From Candidatus Electronema halotolerans (GTDB taxonomy: Bacteria; Desulfobacterota; Desulfobulbia; Desulfobulbales; Desulfobulbaceae): a stretch of 32,000 nt of DNA. Location: positions 390,001 to 422,000 of the forward strand of contig OW818675.1 in the NCBI GenBank assembly GCA_942493095.1, written 5' to 3'. The notes below the pieces were generated by a model. That model had not been told where the DNA came from. It saw only the letters and a program-made list of their open reading frames with translations, and ran no database searches. Position numbers and translations under genes: made by a program. Positions 1-9,560 of this stretch are shown here, one piece after another; the first letter of the stretch is position 1, and each line of letters begins with the position of its first letter.

Positions 1-184
1 ACTGCCTCTCAGCAGGGCATACACCAATGCCCCGCCCGGCACCTTGCTGGCCTTGATCGACAGTGTCGGCTGCTTGGAAATTGCCGTCAATCAGGGCAGC
101 GCAGCTGAAGTGCTGGCCTGCGCTGCGGGCGAACCGGTGACTGTGCGGCGGACTGCCTCTGCTTTTTCCTTGGAACGGCTCTGA
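1..184 (+). CDS. C-terminal end of a SAM hydroxide adenosyltransferase (DUF62)-like protein, partial at window edge
   Basis: Open frame from base 2 to TGA at 182-184 reads ...APPGTLLALIDSVGCLEIAVNQGSAAEVLACAAGEPVTV..., resembling the C-terminal domain of this family (G..AL.NS.G.LEIA.N.G.A...L....G..V.V). Confidence 0.55.
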   Translation, partial: LPLSRAYTNAPPGTLLALIDSVGCLEIAVNQGSAAEVLACAAGEPVTVRRTASAFSLERL

Positions 185-225
185 AGCCTTCCCAAATTTC
201 AAAAAAATCTCAGAGAGAAACGTTT

Positions 226-2016
226 ATGCAACACAACACGCTCAAAAAAAAGGTCTTGGCAGTCATGTTCGTGCCGCTGCTGCTGGTCTCGTGCAACCGC
301 CAGGATGAGAAAAAAGAAGCCCAGACTCCGAACCAGATTGTCAAGCAGGAGGAGGCAGCCAAGCCTGCGTCCATGCTCACGCTGGTGCCGGATGACACAG
401 TCTTTTTTTTCGGCGGACTGGAGCCGGTGCCTCTGAAAGAGCTGCTGCAATGGAATGTCAACCGTTTCAAAATGCCGAAAAGTTTTGATCCCAAAGAGCT
501 GCTGGAACCAGCCCGGAAAAAGGCTGAGACCCCAGGGCAGCGCATGGCCCTTCAGCTCTGGGCGGATTATTACGAAACCGCAGTCTCGCAGCAAGCCGCC
601 TTGGCAAGCTGGGGCATTCCTGACAATCCGCTGCTTGCCTCTTACGCAGTCGGCCTGTCGCCAGTGCTCCGCATCAGTTTGGATGATGTCGGCAAGTTCA
701 ATAAGAAAATTGAGGAAATGGAGGTCAAGGCGCAGGCCAAGGCCGAGCCGGAGACCTTGGGCAAGTTTGCTTGGAGACGCTATCCCCTGACCGAAAGCGG
801 GCTGAAAATGAGCCTGATCATCGGCACGGACAGCAATGATGCGGTGTTCATGCTTGATGTCGGGGCAGACAGCGAAGATGCGCTTGCCTTGGCCATAGGC
901 CGCCGCAAGCCGATGAAATCATTGGCCGAGAGCAAACGGCTTGAGTCGCTGCAAGCCAAGTACAGCCTGAATCCAGCCTTTATCGGCTATATTGATCACC
1001 GCCAGATTGTCACTGGCCTGACCACCAAAGACGGCAACTGGATGGCGAAAATGGTGCAGAAGCTTGCCCCGCAGCTGCCAAAGAAGGCGGCACGGTCGCT
1101 CGCTGCACTGCAAGCAGAAGGCTGCCAGAAGGATTTCACGGCCATTGCCGACAATTGGCCGCAGACGGTTGGCGGCTACACGACTTTTGATCTGAAGGCA
1201 ACACCTTCCCGGATTGATTCCATCACCGTGGTGGAAAGCAAGGACAAGGCCCTGCTGGACGGCCTGCGCTCACTGCGCGGTTTTGTTCCTGATTACAGTA
1301 ATGACCAAGCGGCTTTTTCCTTCGGCCTTGGTCTGAATATGGAAAACATTGCTCCCTTGCTCGTTCAGCAATGGAAGGATTTCACGGCCAAGCAGTACAG
1401 CTGCCCGCTGCTCCAAGAAATGCAGGCGGATGTGAAGCGGAAGAATCCTATGGCGGCCAGCATAGCCACCAGCATGGCCGCTGGAGTGCGGGGCCTTGCC
1501 TTTTCGCTCTTTGATCTGCAGATGGAGCCGCCGACCGCAGAAGGACAGACCCCTATGCCCAAGAGCCTTGACGCGCTCCTCAGTCTGTCCGCCAAAGACC
1601 CGGTCAGTTTGCTGCAAAACTTTGGGTTATTTTTTCCGCCCTTAGCTGCCTTGGACCTGCCTGCGGACGGCAGTCCGGTCCCGCTGCCTGTGCCGGTTTC
1701 CTTGCCTGTGACTCCGTCAGCCGCTGTCAATGGCCAGCACCTGACAGTCTATGCTGGCGAGCAGGGAAAAAAGGCGGCCAAGGCTTTGGCAGACGCAGCT
1801 CTTGACTCCTCGCCAGGCATCATGGCCGCTTCGATTGATTACAGCAAATATTATCAGCTGGCCGGAGATTTGATCGCCTATAAAACAGGAGAGCAGAACG
1901 CTGATGTGGCGGCCCTTTTCGAGGCCATGAAAAAGGCGAAGCTGCGGGTGTCGATGAAGCTGGACTTCACTGAGCGGGGCATTGAAATGACCGCAGACAT
2001 GATTGCTCCAGAGTAA
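226..2016 (+). CDS. Hypothetical lipoprotein, 596 aa
   Basis: Long ORF; N-terminus MQHNTLKKKVLAVMFVPLLLVSCNRQDEKK has a lipobox-like LLLVSC. Confidence 0.85.
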   Translation: MQHNTLKKKVLAVMFVPLLLVSCNRQDEKKEAQTPNQIVKQEEAAKPASMLTLVPDDTVFFFGGLEPVPLKELLQWNVNRFKMPKSFDPKELLEPARKKAETPGQRMALQLWADYYETAVSQQAALASWGIPDNPLLASYAVGLSPVLRISLDDVGKFNKKIEEMEVKAQAKAEPETLGKFAWRRYPLTESGLKMSLIIGTDSNDAVFMLDVGADSEDALALAIGRRKPMKSLAESKRLESLQAKYSLNPAFIGYIDHRQIVTGLTTKDGNWMAKMVQKLAPQLPKKAARSLAALQAEGCQKDFTAIADNWPQTVGGYTTFDLKATPSRIDSITVVESKDKALLDGLRSLRGFVPDYSNDQAAFSFGLGLNMENIAPLLVQQWKDFTAKQYSCPLLQEMQADVKRKNPMAASIATSMAAGVRGLAFSLFDLQMEPPTAEGQTPMPKSLDALLSLSAKDPVSLLQNFGLFFPPLAALDLPADGSPVPLPVPVSLPVTPSAAVNGQHLTVYAGEQGKKAAKALADAALDSSPGIMAASIDYSKYYQLAGDLIAYKTGEQNADVAALFEAMKKAKLRVSMKLDFTERGIEMTADMIAPE

Positions 2017-2122
2017 CTGCCCGCCTGTCCCGTTCCGCCTGATTTTTGGTGAACAGAACGGGACATCTCCTGCCAAGGCGGAAACGCCATCAACTTGAAT
2101 CCACCATCAGCATGAGGCCGCT

Positions 2123-3928
2123 ATGAACATCAGACCGCTTGTCCCCGTCCTGCTTCTTGTCGCCCTTTTTGGCTGCTCAGAACCGAAAAAGGATGAGGCT
2201 CCGAAAAAACAGGAACAAACCAGCACTGCCGCTGTGGATGCTGAGGTCAAATCCCAGTCCGCTGCCCAGCCTGCGCCTGAACCCGCTCCAGCTCCGCCGC
2301 AGGAGGAACGGCTGAAAAGCAAGGAACTGGAAGAAGGAGTGCGGCAGGCAGCAGCGGAGCAGGCTGACAATCTCATCGCTGACAACAATCAGAGGGATGC
2401 AGCAGCCGGAAATGTCTCTTTGAGGACGAGCAAAGCAGTGCCTGCGGTTCTTTATGAAAGTAGAATCGACTTATCGGCCCCAATTGTCCAGTCGCCTGCG
2501 CCGCAATGGAACAGGGAATCCTACAATGCGGTCAACGAGAACGGCTTCATCCGCACAGCCAATGATCCGCTGTCAACCTTTTCCATTGATGTCGATACCG
2601 CCTCGTACAGCAACGTGCGCCGCTTCATCAATCAAGGGCAGATGCCGCCGCCAGGCGCAGTGCGAATCGAGGAGATGATCAATTATTTTTCGTATTCCTA
2701 TCCCCAGCCGGACGGCGAGCATCCCTTCTCCGTCACCACCGAGCTTGGCCCCTGCCCGTGGAAGAATGGCCACAAAGTAGTGCGCATCGGTCTCAAAGCC
2801 AAGGACATTGACAAGAAAGACCTGCCGCCCTCCAATCTGGTCTTCCTGATCGATGTTTCCGGCTCCATGTCTGATGCCAACAAGCTGCCCTTGCTCAAGC
2901 AGGCCATGAAAATGCTGGTGCGGCAGCTCAATGCAAAAGACCGGATTGCGATTGTTGTTTATGCGGGCAGCGATCATCTGGCTTTGGAACCGACTCCCGG
3001 CTCTGATCAGGGAACCATTTTCAATGCTATTGATTCGCTCGGCGCGGGCGGCTCGACCCATGCCTCCAGCGGCATCGTCACTGCCTATCAGCTGGCAGCG
3101 CAGACCTTCATGCCTGGCGGCAACAACCGGGTCATTCTCGCCTCAGACGGTGATTTCAATGTTGGCGTGACCAGTCGCGACGCGCTGCAAAAGCTGATCG
3201 AGGAAAAGCGGCAGAGCGGCATTTACCTGACCGTGCTCGGCTTTGGCATGGGCAATTATCATGACGACACGATGGAGATTCTTGCTGACAAGGGCAACGG
3301 CAATTATGCCTACATCGACAACCTGCTGGAAGCGAAAAAGGTGATGGTCAAGGAGATGAGCGGCACCCTGTTCGCCTTGGCCAAGGATGTGAAAATTCAG
3401 GTTGAGTTCAACCCGGTCAAAGTCGGGGCCTACCGGCTGATCGGCTACGAAAACCGCGCTTTGGCGGATGAGGACTTCAACGACGACAAGAAGGATGCGG
3501 GCGAGATTGGGGTCGGCCACACGGTGACAGCCCTGTATGAGCTGATTCCGGTGGGCGGGCAGGATGTGCCTTCCGTGGATCCGCTCAAATATCAGCAAAC
3601 GGATACAAAACCTGCTCAGGCGGCCCTTGCCAACGAGCTGATGACGGTCAAGCTGCGCTACAAGCCTTTGCAGTCGGATAAGTCGGTGCTCTTGGACACG
3701 GTGGTGCAGGACAATGACAGCAGTTTGGACAAGACCAGCAACGATTTCCGTTTTGCCGCTGCTGTGGCTGGCTATGGAATGCTGCTCACCGGCTCGGAGC
3801 AGGCAGGCGGCCTCAACTGGCAGCAGGTGCTTGATTTGGCCAAAAACGCCAGAGGGCAGGATGAGGACGGCTGGCGGGCTGAATTCATCCGCTTGGTGGA
3901 AACCACAGAGCTGCTGGCCAAGGAGTGA
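2123..3928 (+). CDS. VWA-domain lipoprotein, YfbK/DUF3520-like
   Basis: Lipobox LLVALFGCS; PLSTFSIDVDTASYSNVRRFINQGQMPP...VRIEEMINYFSY; MIDAS-type motif LVFLIDVSGSMSD; C-terminal DLAKNARGQDEDGWRAEFIRLVE. Confidence 0.93.
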   Translation: MNIRPLVPVLLLVALFGCSEPKKDEAPKKQEQTSTAAVDAEVKSQSAAQPAPEPAPAPPQEERLKSKELEEGVRQAAAEQADNLIADNNQRDAAAGNVSLRTSKAVPAVLYESRIDLSAPIVQSPAPQWNRESYNAVNENGFIRTANDPLSTFSIDVDTASYSNVRRFINQGQMPPPGAVRIEEMINYFSYSYPQPDGEHPFSVTTELGPCPWKNGHKVVRIGLKAKDIDKKDLPPSNLVFLIDVSGSMSDANKLPLLKQAMKMLVRQLNAKDRIAIVVYAGSDHLALEPTPGSDQGTIFNAIDSLGAGGSTHASSGIVTAYQLAAQTFMPGGNNRVILASDGDFNVGVTSRDALQKLIEEKRQSGIYLTVLGFGMGNYHDDTMEILADKGNGNYAYIDNLLEAKKVMVKEMSGTLFALAKDVKIQVEFNPVKVGAYRLIGYENRALADEDFNDDKKDAGEIGVGHTVTALYELIPVGGQDVPSVDPLKYQQTDTKPAQAALANELMTVKLRYKPLQSDKSVLLDTVVQDNDSSLDKTSNDFRFAAAVAGYGMLLTGSEQAGGLNWQQVLDLAKNARGQDEDGWRAEFIRLVETTELLAKE

Positions 3929-4050
3929 CGGGCAGGTCTGTGGCCGGAGCGGAGGAAAGGCTACCTCAAGCAGCCCGCAGGAGGCATTGATCCGCCGCGC
4001 TGTGCAGCCGCAGCTTGCCGTTTTCAACCAGCTTGGACAGGCGACAAGCA

Positions 4051-4083
4051 AAAAAGCCCCTGCCGCAATTGGCAGAGGCTTTT
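4051..4083. terminator. Bidirectional rho-independent terminator-like hairpin between convergent genes
   Basis: AAAAAGCCCCTGCCGCAATTGGCAGAGGCTTTT; stem with A-run on one side and T-run on the other, between stops at 3928 (+) and 4146 (-). Confidence 0.75.
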
Positions 4084-4145
4084 CCTTCATCAACAAGCAG
4101 CAAAACAATCTCCCCGCTGCTCGTTATGCGACGATGAATGTTGTC

Positions 4146-6968
4146 TCAGAGCAGCAGCTTATAGACCGCCTGAAGAGATGCGCCGCCGCCACTGTAGCCA
4201 GTGCCGTTTGGCGCATTTTTCACGGTGGGATCGTATTCAGCCCCGGCAGGATCCTTTTCAGTCAGACTGTTCAGGTATTCCTGCAAGTCGCTGTAACCGT
4301 CCTTGTCATAGTCGCTGGTCGCGGTCGCAGTTGCCAGATTGCCGAAATACTTCTCTTCCCAAGCGTCGTCAATGCCGTCGCTGTCGCTGTCAATAATTTC
4401 CTTGAAGAGAGCTGCCACTGTGCAGTTTTCCGTCACTGGGCCGGTGGTGTAGCTGTTGCCATTTAACGTGCCATTGCAGCCGGTCACAGTATCAATGGAA
4501 TAGCCTTCATCCGGGGTGACAGTGAACGAGGTCGTTGTTCCATCTTCTACTGTCTGCGGAGTGGATGGGCTGATGCTGCCGTGCGCACCTGCTGATGGCG
4601 TGACCGTCCACATTGGAATTTCCTTGAAGGCAGCTTCCACCGTGCAATTTTCCGTCACTGGGCCGGTGGTGTAGCTGTTGCCATTTAACGTGCCATTGCA
4701 GCCGGTCACAGTATCAATGGAATAGCCTTCATCCGGGGTGACAGTGAACGAGGTCGTTGTTCCATCTTCTACTGTCTGCGGAGTGGATGGGCTGATGCTG
4801 CCGTGCACACCTGCTGACGGCGTGACTGTCCAAACAGTGGCAGGCAAACTGATTTCTACAGGTCTTTCTTTCCAAGCTGTCCCGTCGCCCAACTGGCCGT
4901 CCTCGTTGCCTCCCCACGCCCAGAGCGTGCCGTCCTGCTTCAGCGCAACCGTATGATAACTTCCAGCAGCCACCGCCTGCCACGTGTCTGTGCCGATCTG
5001 CACCGGACTGTTTTTACTTCCTGTTGTCCCGTCGCCCAACTGGCCGTCCCCGTTGCCTCCCCACGCCCAGAGCGTGCCGTCCTGCTTCAGCGCAACCGTA
5101 TGAGAACTTCCAGCAGCCACCGCCTGCCACGTGTCTGTGCCGATCTGCACCGGACTGTTTTTACTTCCTGTTGTCCCGTCGCCCAACTGGCCGTCCCCGT
5201 TGTCTCCCCACGCCCAGAGCGTGCCGTCCTGCTTCAGCGCAACCGTATGATAACTTCCAGCAGCCACAGCCTGCCACGTGTCTGTGCCGATCTGCACCGG
5301 ACTGTTTTTACTTCCTGTTGTCCCGTCGCCCAACTGGCCGTCCCCGTTGCTTCCCCACGCCCAGAGCGTGCCGTCCTGCTTCAGCGCAACCGTATGATAA
5401 CTTCCAGCAGCCACAGCCTGCCACGTGTCTGTGCCGATCTGCACCGGACTGTTTTTACTTCCTGTTGTCCCGTCGCCCAACTGGCCGTCCCCGTTGCTTC
5501 CCCACGCCCAGAGCGTGCCGTCCTGCTTCAGCGCAACCGTATGATAACTTCCAGCAGCCACAGCCTGCCACGTGTCTGTGCCGATCTGCACCGGACTGGC
5601 TTGATCTGCTGTTGTCCCGTCGCCCAACCGGCCGTCCCAGTTGCCTCCCCACGCCCAGAGCGTGCCGTCCTGCTTCAGCGCAACCGTATGATAACTTCCA
5701 GCAGCCACAGCCTGCCACGTGTCTGTGCCGATCTGCACCGGACTGTTTTTCCCTACTGTTGTCCCGTCGCCCAACTGGCCGTTCCCGTTTCTTCCCCACG
5801 CCCAGAGCGTGCTGTCATCCTTCAGCGCAACCGTATGATAACTTCCAGCAGCCACCGCCTGCCACGTGTCTGTGCCGATCTGCACCGGACTGTTTTTACT
5901 TCCTGTTGTCCCGTCGCCCAACTGGCCGTCCCCGTTGTCTCCCCACGCCCAGAGCGTGCCGTCCTGCTTCAGCGCAACCGTATGAACACTTCCAGCAGCC
6001 ACCGCCTGCCACGTGTCTGTGCCGATCTGCACCGGACTGTTTTTACTTCCTGTTGTCCCGTCGCCCAACTGGCCGAACCAGTTGTATCCCCACGCCCAGA
6101 GCGTGCCGTCCTGCTTCAGCGCAACCGTATGAACACTTCCAGCAGCCACAGCCTGCCACGTGTCTGTGCCGATCTGCACCGGACTGTTTTTACTTGCTCC
6201 TGTCCCGTCGCCCAACTGGCCGAACCAGTTGTTTCCCCACGCCCAGAGCGTGCCGTCCTGCTTCAGCGCAACCGTATGAGCACTTCCAGCAGCCACAGCC
6301 TGCCACGTGTCTGTGCCGATCTGCACCGGACTGGCTTGATCTGCTGTTGTCCCGTCGCCCAACTGGCCGTACCAGTTGTTTCCCCACGCCCAGAGCGTGC
6401 CGTCCTGCTTCAGCGCAACCGTATGAGCACTTCCAGCAGCCACAGCCTGCCACGTGTCTGTGCCGATCTGCACCGGACTGTTTTTACTTCCTGTTGTCCC
6501 GTCGCCCAACTGGCCGTCCCCGTTGTCTCCCCACGCCCAGAGCGTGCCGTCATCCTTCAGCGCAACCGTATAAGAACTTCCAGCAGCCACCGCCTGCCAC
6601 GTGTCTGTGCCGATCTGCACCGGACTGGCTTGATCTGCTTCTGTCCCGTCGCCCAACTGGCCGTCCTCGTTGTCTCCCCACGCCCAGAGCGTGCCGTCCT
6701 GCTTCAGCGCAACCGTATGAAAATCTCCGGCAGCCACCGCCTGCCACGTGTCTGTGCCGATCTGCACCGGACTGTTTTTACTTGCTGTTGTCCCGTCGCC
6801 CAACTGGCCGTGCCCGTTGTCTCCCCACGCCCAGAGCGTGCCGTCATCCTTCAGAACAACCGTATGAGAAGCTCCGGCAGCTACTTCAACAACAGCGGCC
6901 TGCGTTTCCGGTGCCAAGCCAAGCAGCACAAGCAGCCCAGCAAGAAAATACCATCTCCATAGCTTCAT
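4146..6968 (-). CDS. Secreted RCC1-repeat (beta-propeller) protein with two 74-aa InlB B-repeat-like domains and a C-terminal Ca-binding-like segment (DSDSDGIDD)
   Basis: Minus-strand ORF; likely start at 6968 ([24 protein letters not shown] signal peptide) preceded by GGAGG; 14 RCC1 units ([26 protein letters not shown]). Confidence 0.9.
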   Translation of the reverse strand: MKLWRWYFLAGLLVLLGLAPETQAAVVEVAAGASHTVVLKDDGTLWAWGDNGHGQLGDGTTASKNSPVQIGTDTWQAVAAGDFHTVALKQDGTLWAWGDNEDGQLGDGTEADQASPVQIGTDTWQAVAAGSSYTVALKDDGTLWAWGDNGDGQLGDGTTGSKNSPVQIGTDTWQAVAAGSAHTVALKQDGTLWAWGNNWYGQLGDGTTADQASPVQIGTDTWQAVAAGSAHTVALKQDGTLWAWGNNWFGQLGDGTGASKNSPVQIGTDTWQAVAAGSVHTVALKQDGTLWAWGYNWFGQLGDGTTGSKNSPVQIGTDTWQAVAAGSVHTVALKQDGTLWAWGDNGDGQLGDGTTGSKNSPVQIGTDTWQAVAAGSYHTVALKDDSTLWAWGRNGNGQLGDGTTVGKNSPVQIGTDTWQAVAAGSYHTVALKQDGTLWAWGGNWDGRLGDGTTADQASPVQIGTDTWQAVAAGSYHTVALKQDGTLWAWGSNGDGQLGDGTTGSKNSPVQIGTDTWQAVAAGSYHTVALKQDGTLWAWGSNGDGQLGDGTTGSKNSPVQIGTDTWQAVAAGSYHTVALKQDGTLWAWGDNGDGQLGDGTTGSKNSPVQIGTDTWQAVAAGSSHTVALKQDGTLWAWGGNGDGQLGDGTTGSKNSPVQIGTDTWQAVAAGSYHTVALKQDGTLWAWGGNEDGQLGDGTAWKERPVEISLPATVWTVTPSAGVHGSISPSTPQTVEDGTTTSFTVTPDEGYSIDTVTGCNGTLNGNSYTTGPVTENCTVEAAFKEIPMWTVTPSAGAHGSISPSTPQTVEDGTTTSFTVTPDEGYSIDTVTGCNGTLNGNSYTTGPVTENCTVAALFKEIIDSDSDGIDDAWEEKYFGNLATATATSDYDKDGYSDLQEYLNSLTEKDPAGAEYDPTVKNAPNGTGYSGGGASLQAVYKLLL
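4405..4850 (-). repeat. Two direct copies of a 222-bp (74-aa) InlB B-repeat-like unit
   Basis: WTVTPSAG[V/A][56 protein letters not shown]... occurs twice; AGCTGTTG anchors at about 4451 and 4673. Confidence 0.85.
4863..6925 (-). repeat. Tandem array of about 14 near-identical 147-bp units encoding 49-aa RCC1 blades
   Basis: The string CACGTGTCTGTGCCGATCTGCACCGGACT recurs with 147-bp spacing (e.g. GTGTCTG at 4984 and 5131); protein shows 13 copies of TWQAVAAG plus one upstream variant. Confidence 0.95.
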
Positions 6969-7117
6969 AACCTGTCCTCCAGTATAAATTGTTGTCAGGC
7001 CCTTCAAGATTTGTGAGACCTGTTAAATGATCAGTTTCGTTCAATGTTTGTGTCAGGACACTGCATGCCTTCTCTTGCGCCAGCAATCAAACCATTTTTC
7101 TGCGGCTGCGACAAGCG

Positions 7118-7150
7118 AAAAAGCCCCTGCCGCAAGAGGCAGAGGCTTTT
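7118..7150. terminator. Terminator-like hairpin, second copy of the 4051-4083 element
   Basis: AAAAAGCCCCTGCCGCAAGAGGCAGAGGCTTTT. Confidence 0.55.
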
Positions 7151-7289
7151 CATGCGCTGCCTGCAAGCCCTAAGCAATGTCACCCCTCGATCAACTCTGC
7201 AACTGCCTGCCCGCCCGCTTGTTCTTGCGGCTCATGAGCGAAACAGGTACAGTGCAGGGCAAGATGAACCCACTTCTGCGAGGTGAAAT

Positions 7290-7811
7290 ATGACTTCAGT
7301 CAGGGAACTGCTTGTCCGGCACAAGGCCGCTGCGGTTGGCATTGGGCTGGCTGTGCTGCTGATCAGTTGGCTTGCTTGGTATTTTTCCGACCGGCAGGTC
7401 ATCAAGCGGCAGTTGGTGGCAATGGCTTGGGATATCAGCCGTGAGCCGCAGGAAAGCACAATGGAGACCGCGATTAAGATGCGCGATGTCAAGGCCGTGC
7501 TGGCTCCTCAATGCCGGGTCACTGTGCCGGAGACGCATTTGGATGAGAACTTTGAGCGGGACATGGGCATCATGTATCTGATGAACTACCGCAGCCGCTA
7601 TGAGATGCTGGCTCCTTCCTTTGAGGAAATGGCAATCGACTTTCCAGCCGACAACGAGGCGGCAGTGCGGGCGACCGTGCTCCTCAAACGGCAGAAACAG
7701 CAGGGCCAGCCGACAGAGACATCTGCTCCGGTCAAGCTGACCCTACAAAAAACAGACGGCGACTGGCTGCTGAATCACGCGGAACTCGCCGCCGCCCTGT
7801 TGGACGACTAA
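7290..7811 (+). CDS. Hypothetical protein with one N-terminal TM helix
   Basis: ATG at 7290 preceded by GAGGTG; AAAVGIGLAVLLISWLAWYF hydrophobic segment. Confidence 0.75.
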   Translation: MTSVRELLVRHKAAAVGIGLAVLLISWLAWYFSDRQVIKRQLVAMAWDISREPQESTMETAIKMRDVKAVLAPQCRVTVPETHLDENFERDMGIMYLMNYRSRYEMLAPSFEEMAIDFPADNEAAVRATVLLKRQKQQGQPTETSAPVKLTLQKTDGDWLLNHAELAAALLDD

Positions 7812-8617
7812 CGCGGCTCCGGGGCTGGCGGTTCATCCTGCTGCGGGATGATCACCGGCTCTCCGGGCACTGGAACCGGCCCATCCATGATGCGGCCTTG
7901 CGGCGGCTGCTCCGGCGGGAGAGCTGGTGCCATGCCTTCCTCCTGATATTGCTCCGGCATGACCTGACCCTGCTCCGGCCTAGGAATCGGTGCCATCTGC
8001 TGGGGGATGACTCGCTGGCCCCCTTGTTCCGGCTGCGCAGGCGGCAGATTCAGGACAGGGCCATGCTGCTCATGCTCCTGTTTGGACCGTTCCGGCGGTT
8101 TTGGCTGGAGATCCTTCCTCATGCTGTCATCACGAACGAACTGGCGGACCATATCCGCGCCTTGGTTCAAATACGGCACGGTCAGCGATTTGGCAAAGAG
8201 CGGATGCGTGGCAGGCAGCAGGGCCGTCACCGGCAGTTGGAGCAGCACGGCAACCAATACGCCTCTGGCAATGCCCAGCAGGCCGCCGCAAATGCGGTCA
8301 GCCCAGCCGAGCAGGCTGACTTCCAGCATTTTGTTGAGGAGCTGGCCGAGCAGGGTGAGCAGCAAGGCGGAAAAGAGGAAGAGAATGCCAAAGCTGGCAA
8401 AAAAGACCAATCCGGGCTGGGTGATGAAGTTCTTCACATAGGGCGTGACCTGACCGGCATATTCTCCGGCAGCCCACCAGCTACCCACCAAGGCGGCTGT
8501 GGCGGCAAGCTGACGGACAAAGCCGACGCAGAGGCCGCGCAGCAGGAAAAGGAGGAGGATCGCCGCAATGATCCAATCAAAGGTGCTGATGTCATTCAAA
8601 GCCATGCCGTTCACCAT
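7808..8617 (-). CDS. CvpA family membrane protein with proline-rich C-terminal tail
   Basis: MALNDISTFDWIIAAILLLFLLRGLCVGFVRQLAATAALVGSWWAA... typical CvpA N-terminus; 3' end overlaps the convergent ORF by 4 bp. Confidence 0.85.
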   Translation of the reverse strand: MVNGMALNDISTFDWIIAAILLLFLLRGLCVGFVRQLAATAALVGSWWAAGEYAGQVTPYVKNFITQPGLVFFASFGILFLFSALLLTLLGQLLNKMLEVSLLGWADRICGGLLGIARGVLVAVLLQLPVTALLPATHPLFAKSLTVPYLNQGADMVRQFVRDDSMRKDLQPKPPERSKQEHEQHGPVLNLPPAQPEQGGQRVIPQQMAPIPRPEQGQVMPEQYQEEGMAPALPPEQPPQGRIMDGPVPVPGEPVIIPQQDEPPAPEPR

Positions 8618-8676
8618 CAGGAAAAAGGTCTGAGAAAAAATTATTTTTTTGCTGAAGACGGATTATACCCTGCGCC

Positions 8677-9504
8677 ATGAAGAGCACAAGTGCTAATCCG
8701 CCCCTCTGTCCTGCGTCGCTGCTGGAGGCATTTTTTTCTCTGCGCCGCAGATGGGCTGAACTGTCCTGCGGTTTTCATCTTGAGGACAAGTGCCGCATCA
8801 CCCTGTTTCCTCTTGCCCAGCTTGCTGAGGCTGAGGACAGGGCCGCGTTCTTCCTTTCCAGTGCGGAACAGAACCACCTGCAACGCTTCCGCTATCCCAA
8901 GCGGCGGCACGAATGGCTGGGCGGCAGAATTGCGGCCAAGGCCGCTTTGACAGGCGCAATGGAGGCTGCCGCATTCCGGCGGCTGACCATACTCCCGGAC
9001 CGGCACGGCAGGCCGACAGTCAGCGGCCAGCCTGATCCCAGTCTGTCGCTGTCCATTTCGCACAGCGGCGGATACGCTGCCGCCTTGGCCGGGCACGGGC
9101 CGAGCTGCGGCATTGATCTTCAGGAAGTGTCAGACAAGCTGCCTGATTTGACCAAATATTTTGCCATGCCTGCGGAGCTGGAGCTGCTGGCTGGCCAGCC
9201 TGAACTTGGCAGGCAGGAAACCGGCCTGACCATGCTCTGGGCTGTGAAGGAGGCCCTGAAAAAAAGCCTGCTTGCCGATCAGCCGGATATTTTTTCCGGG
9301 ATCGAGCTGAAGCAGCTTCATGCCGTTGCCAAGGGAGTCTGGCAATGCGCCTGCGCAGTGCGGCATCATCCCTTGCAGGCTGCTTTAGTTTATGATTTTT
9401 CACCGTATATTCTGGCACTGAGTTGCCCGGAGCAGGGTTCGCAGAAATTTGAAAAAGTGACGATGCAGCAGAGCACGCTGTACAATCTGCATTCCACCTG
9501 CTAA
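8677..9504 (+). CDS. 4'-phosphopantetheinyl transferase (Sfp/EntD superfamily)
   Basis: Motifs: HEWLGGRIAAKAAL, SLSISHSGGYAAALAG, CGIDLQ, LWAVKEALKKS. Confidence 0.88.
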   Translation: MKSTSANPPLCPASLLEAFFSLRRRWAELSCGFHLEDKCRITLFPLAQLAEAEDRAAFFLSSAEQNHLQRFRYPKRRHEWLGGRIAAKAALTGAMEAAAFRRLTILPDRHGRPTVSGQPDPSLSLSISHSGGYAAALAGHGPSCGIDLQEVSDKLPDLTKYFAMPAELELLAGQPELGRQETGLTMLWAVKEALKKSLLADQPDIFSGIELKQLHAVAKGVWQCACAVRHHPLQAALVYDFSPYILALSCPEQGSQKFEKVTMQQSTLYNLHSTC

Positions 9505-9560
9505 TATTCATGGAATGTTGTAAAATCAAGGCGAAGCGAAAACGTTAAAGGGAGCGTGCC

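Noticed and set aside
4863-6925. Possible CRISPR array because of regular repetition
   Set aside because: Unit is 147 bp with no repeat/spacer alternation, it is in frame in a coding sequence and encodes RCC1 blades.
4953-6970. Two very long plus-strand ORFs (669 and 648 aa) in the ORF track over the RCC1 array
   Set aside because: They are antisense to the RCC1 gene and persist only because the 147-bp unit is a multiple of 3 without stops in those frames. Products are low-complexity repeats without an RBS, and the minus-strand protein has signal peptide and domain logic.
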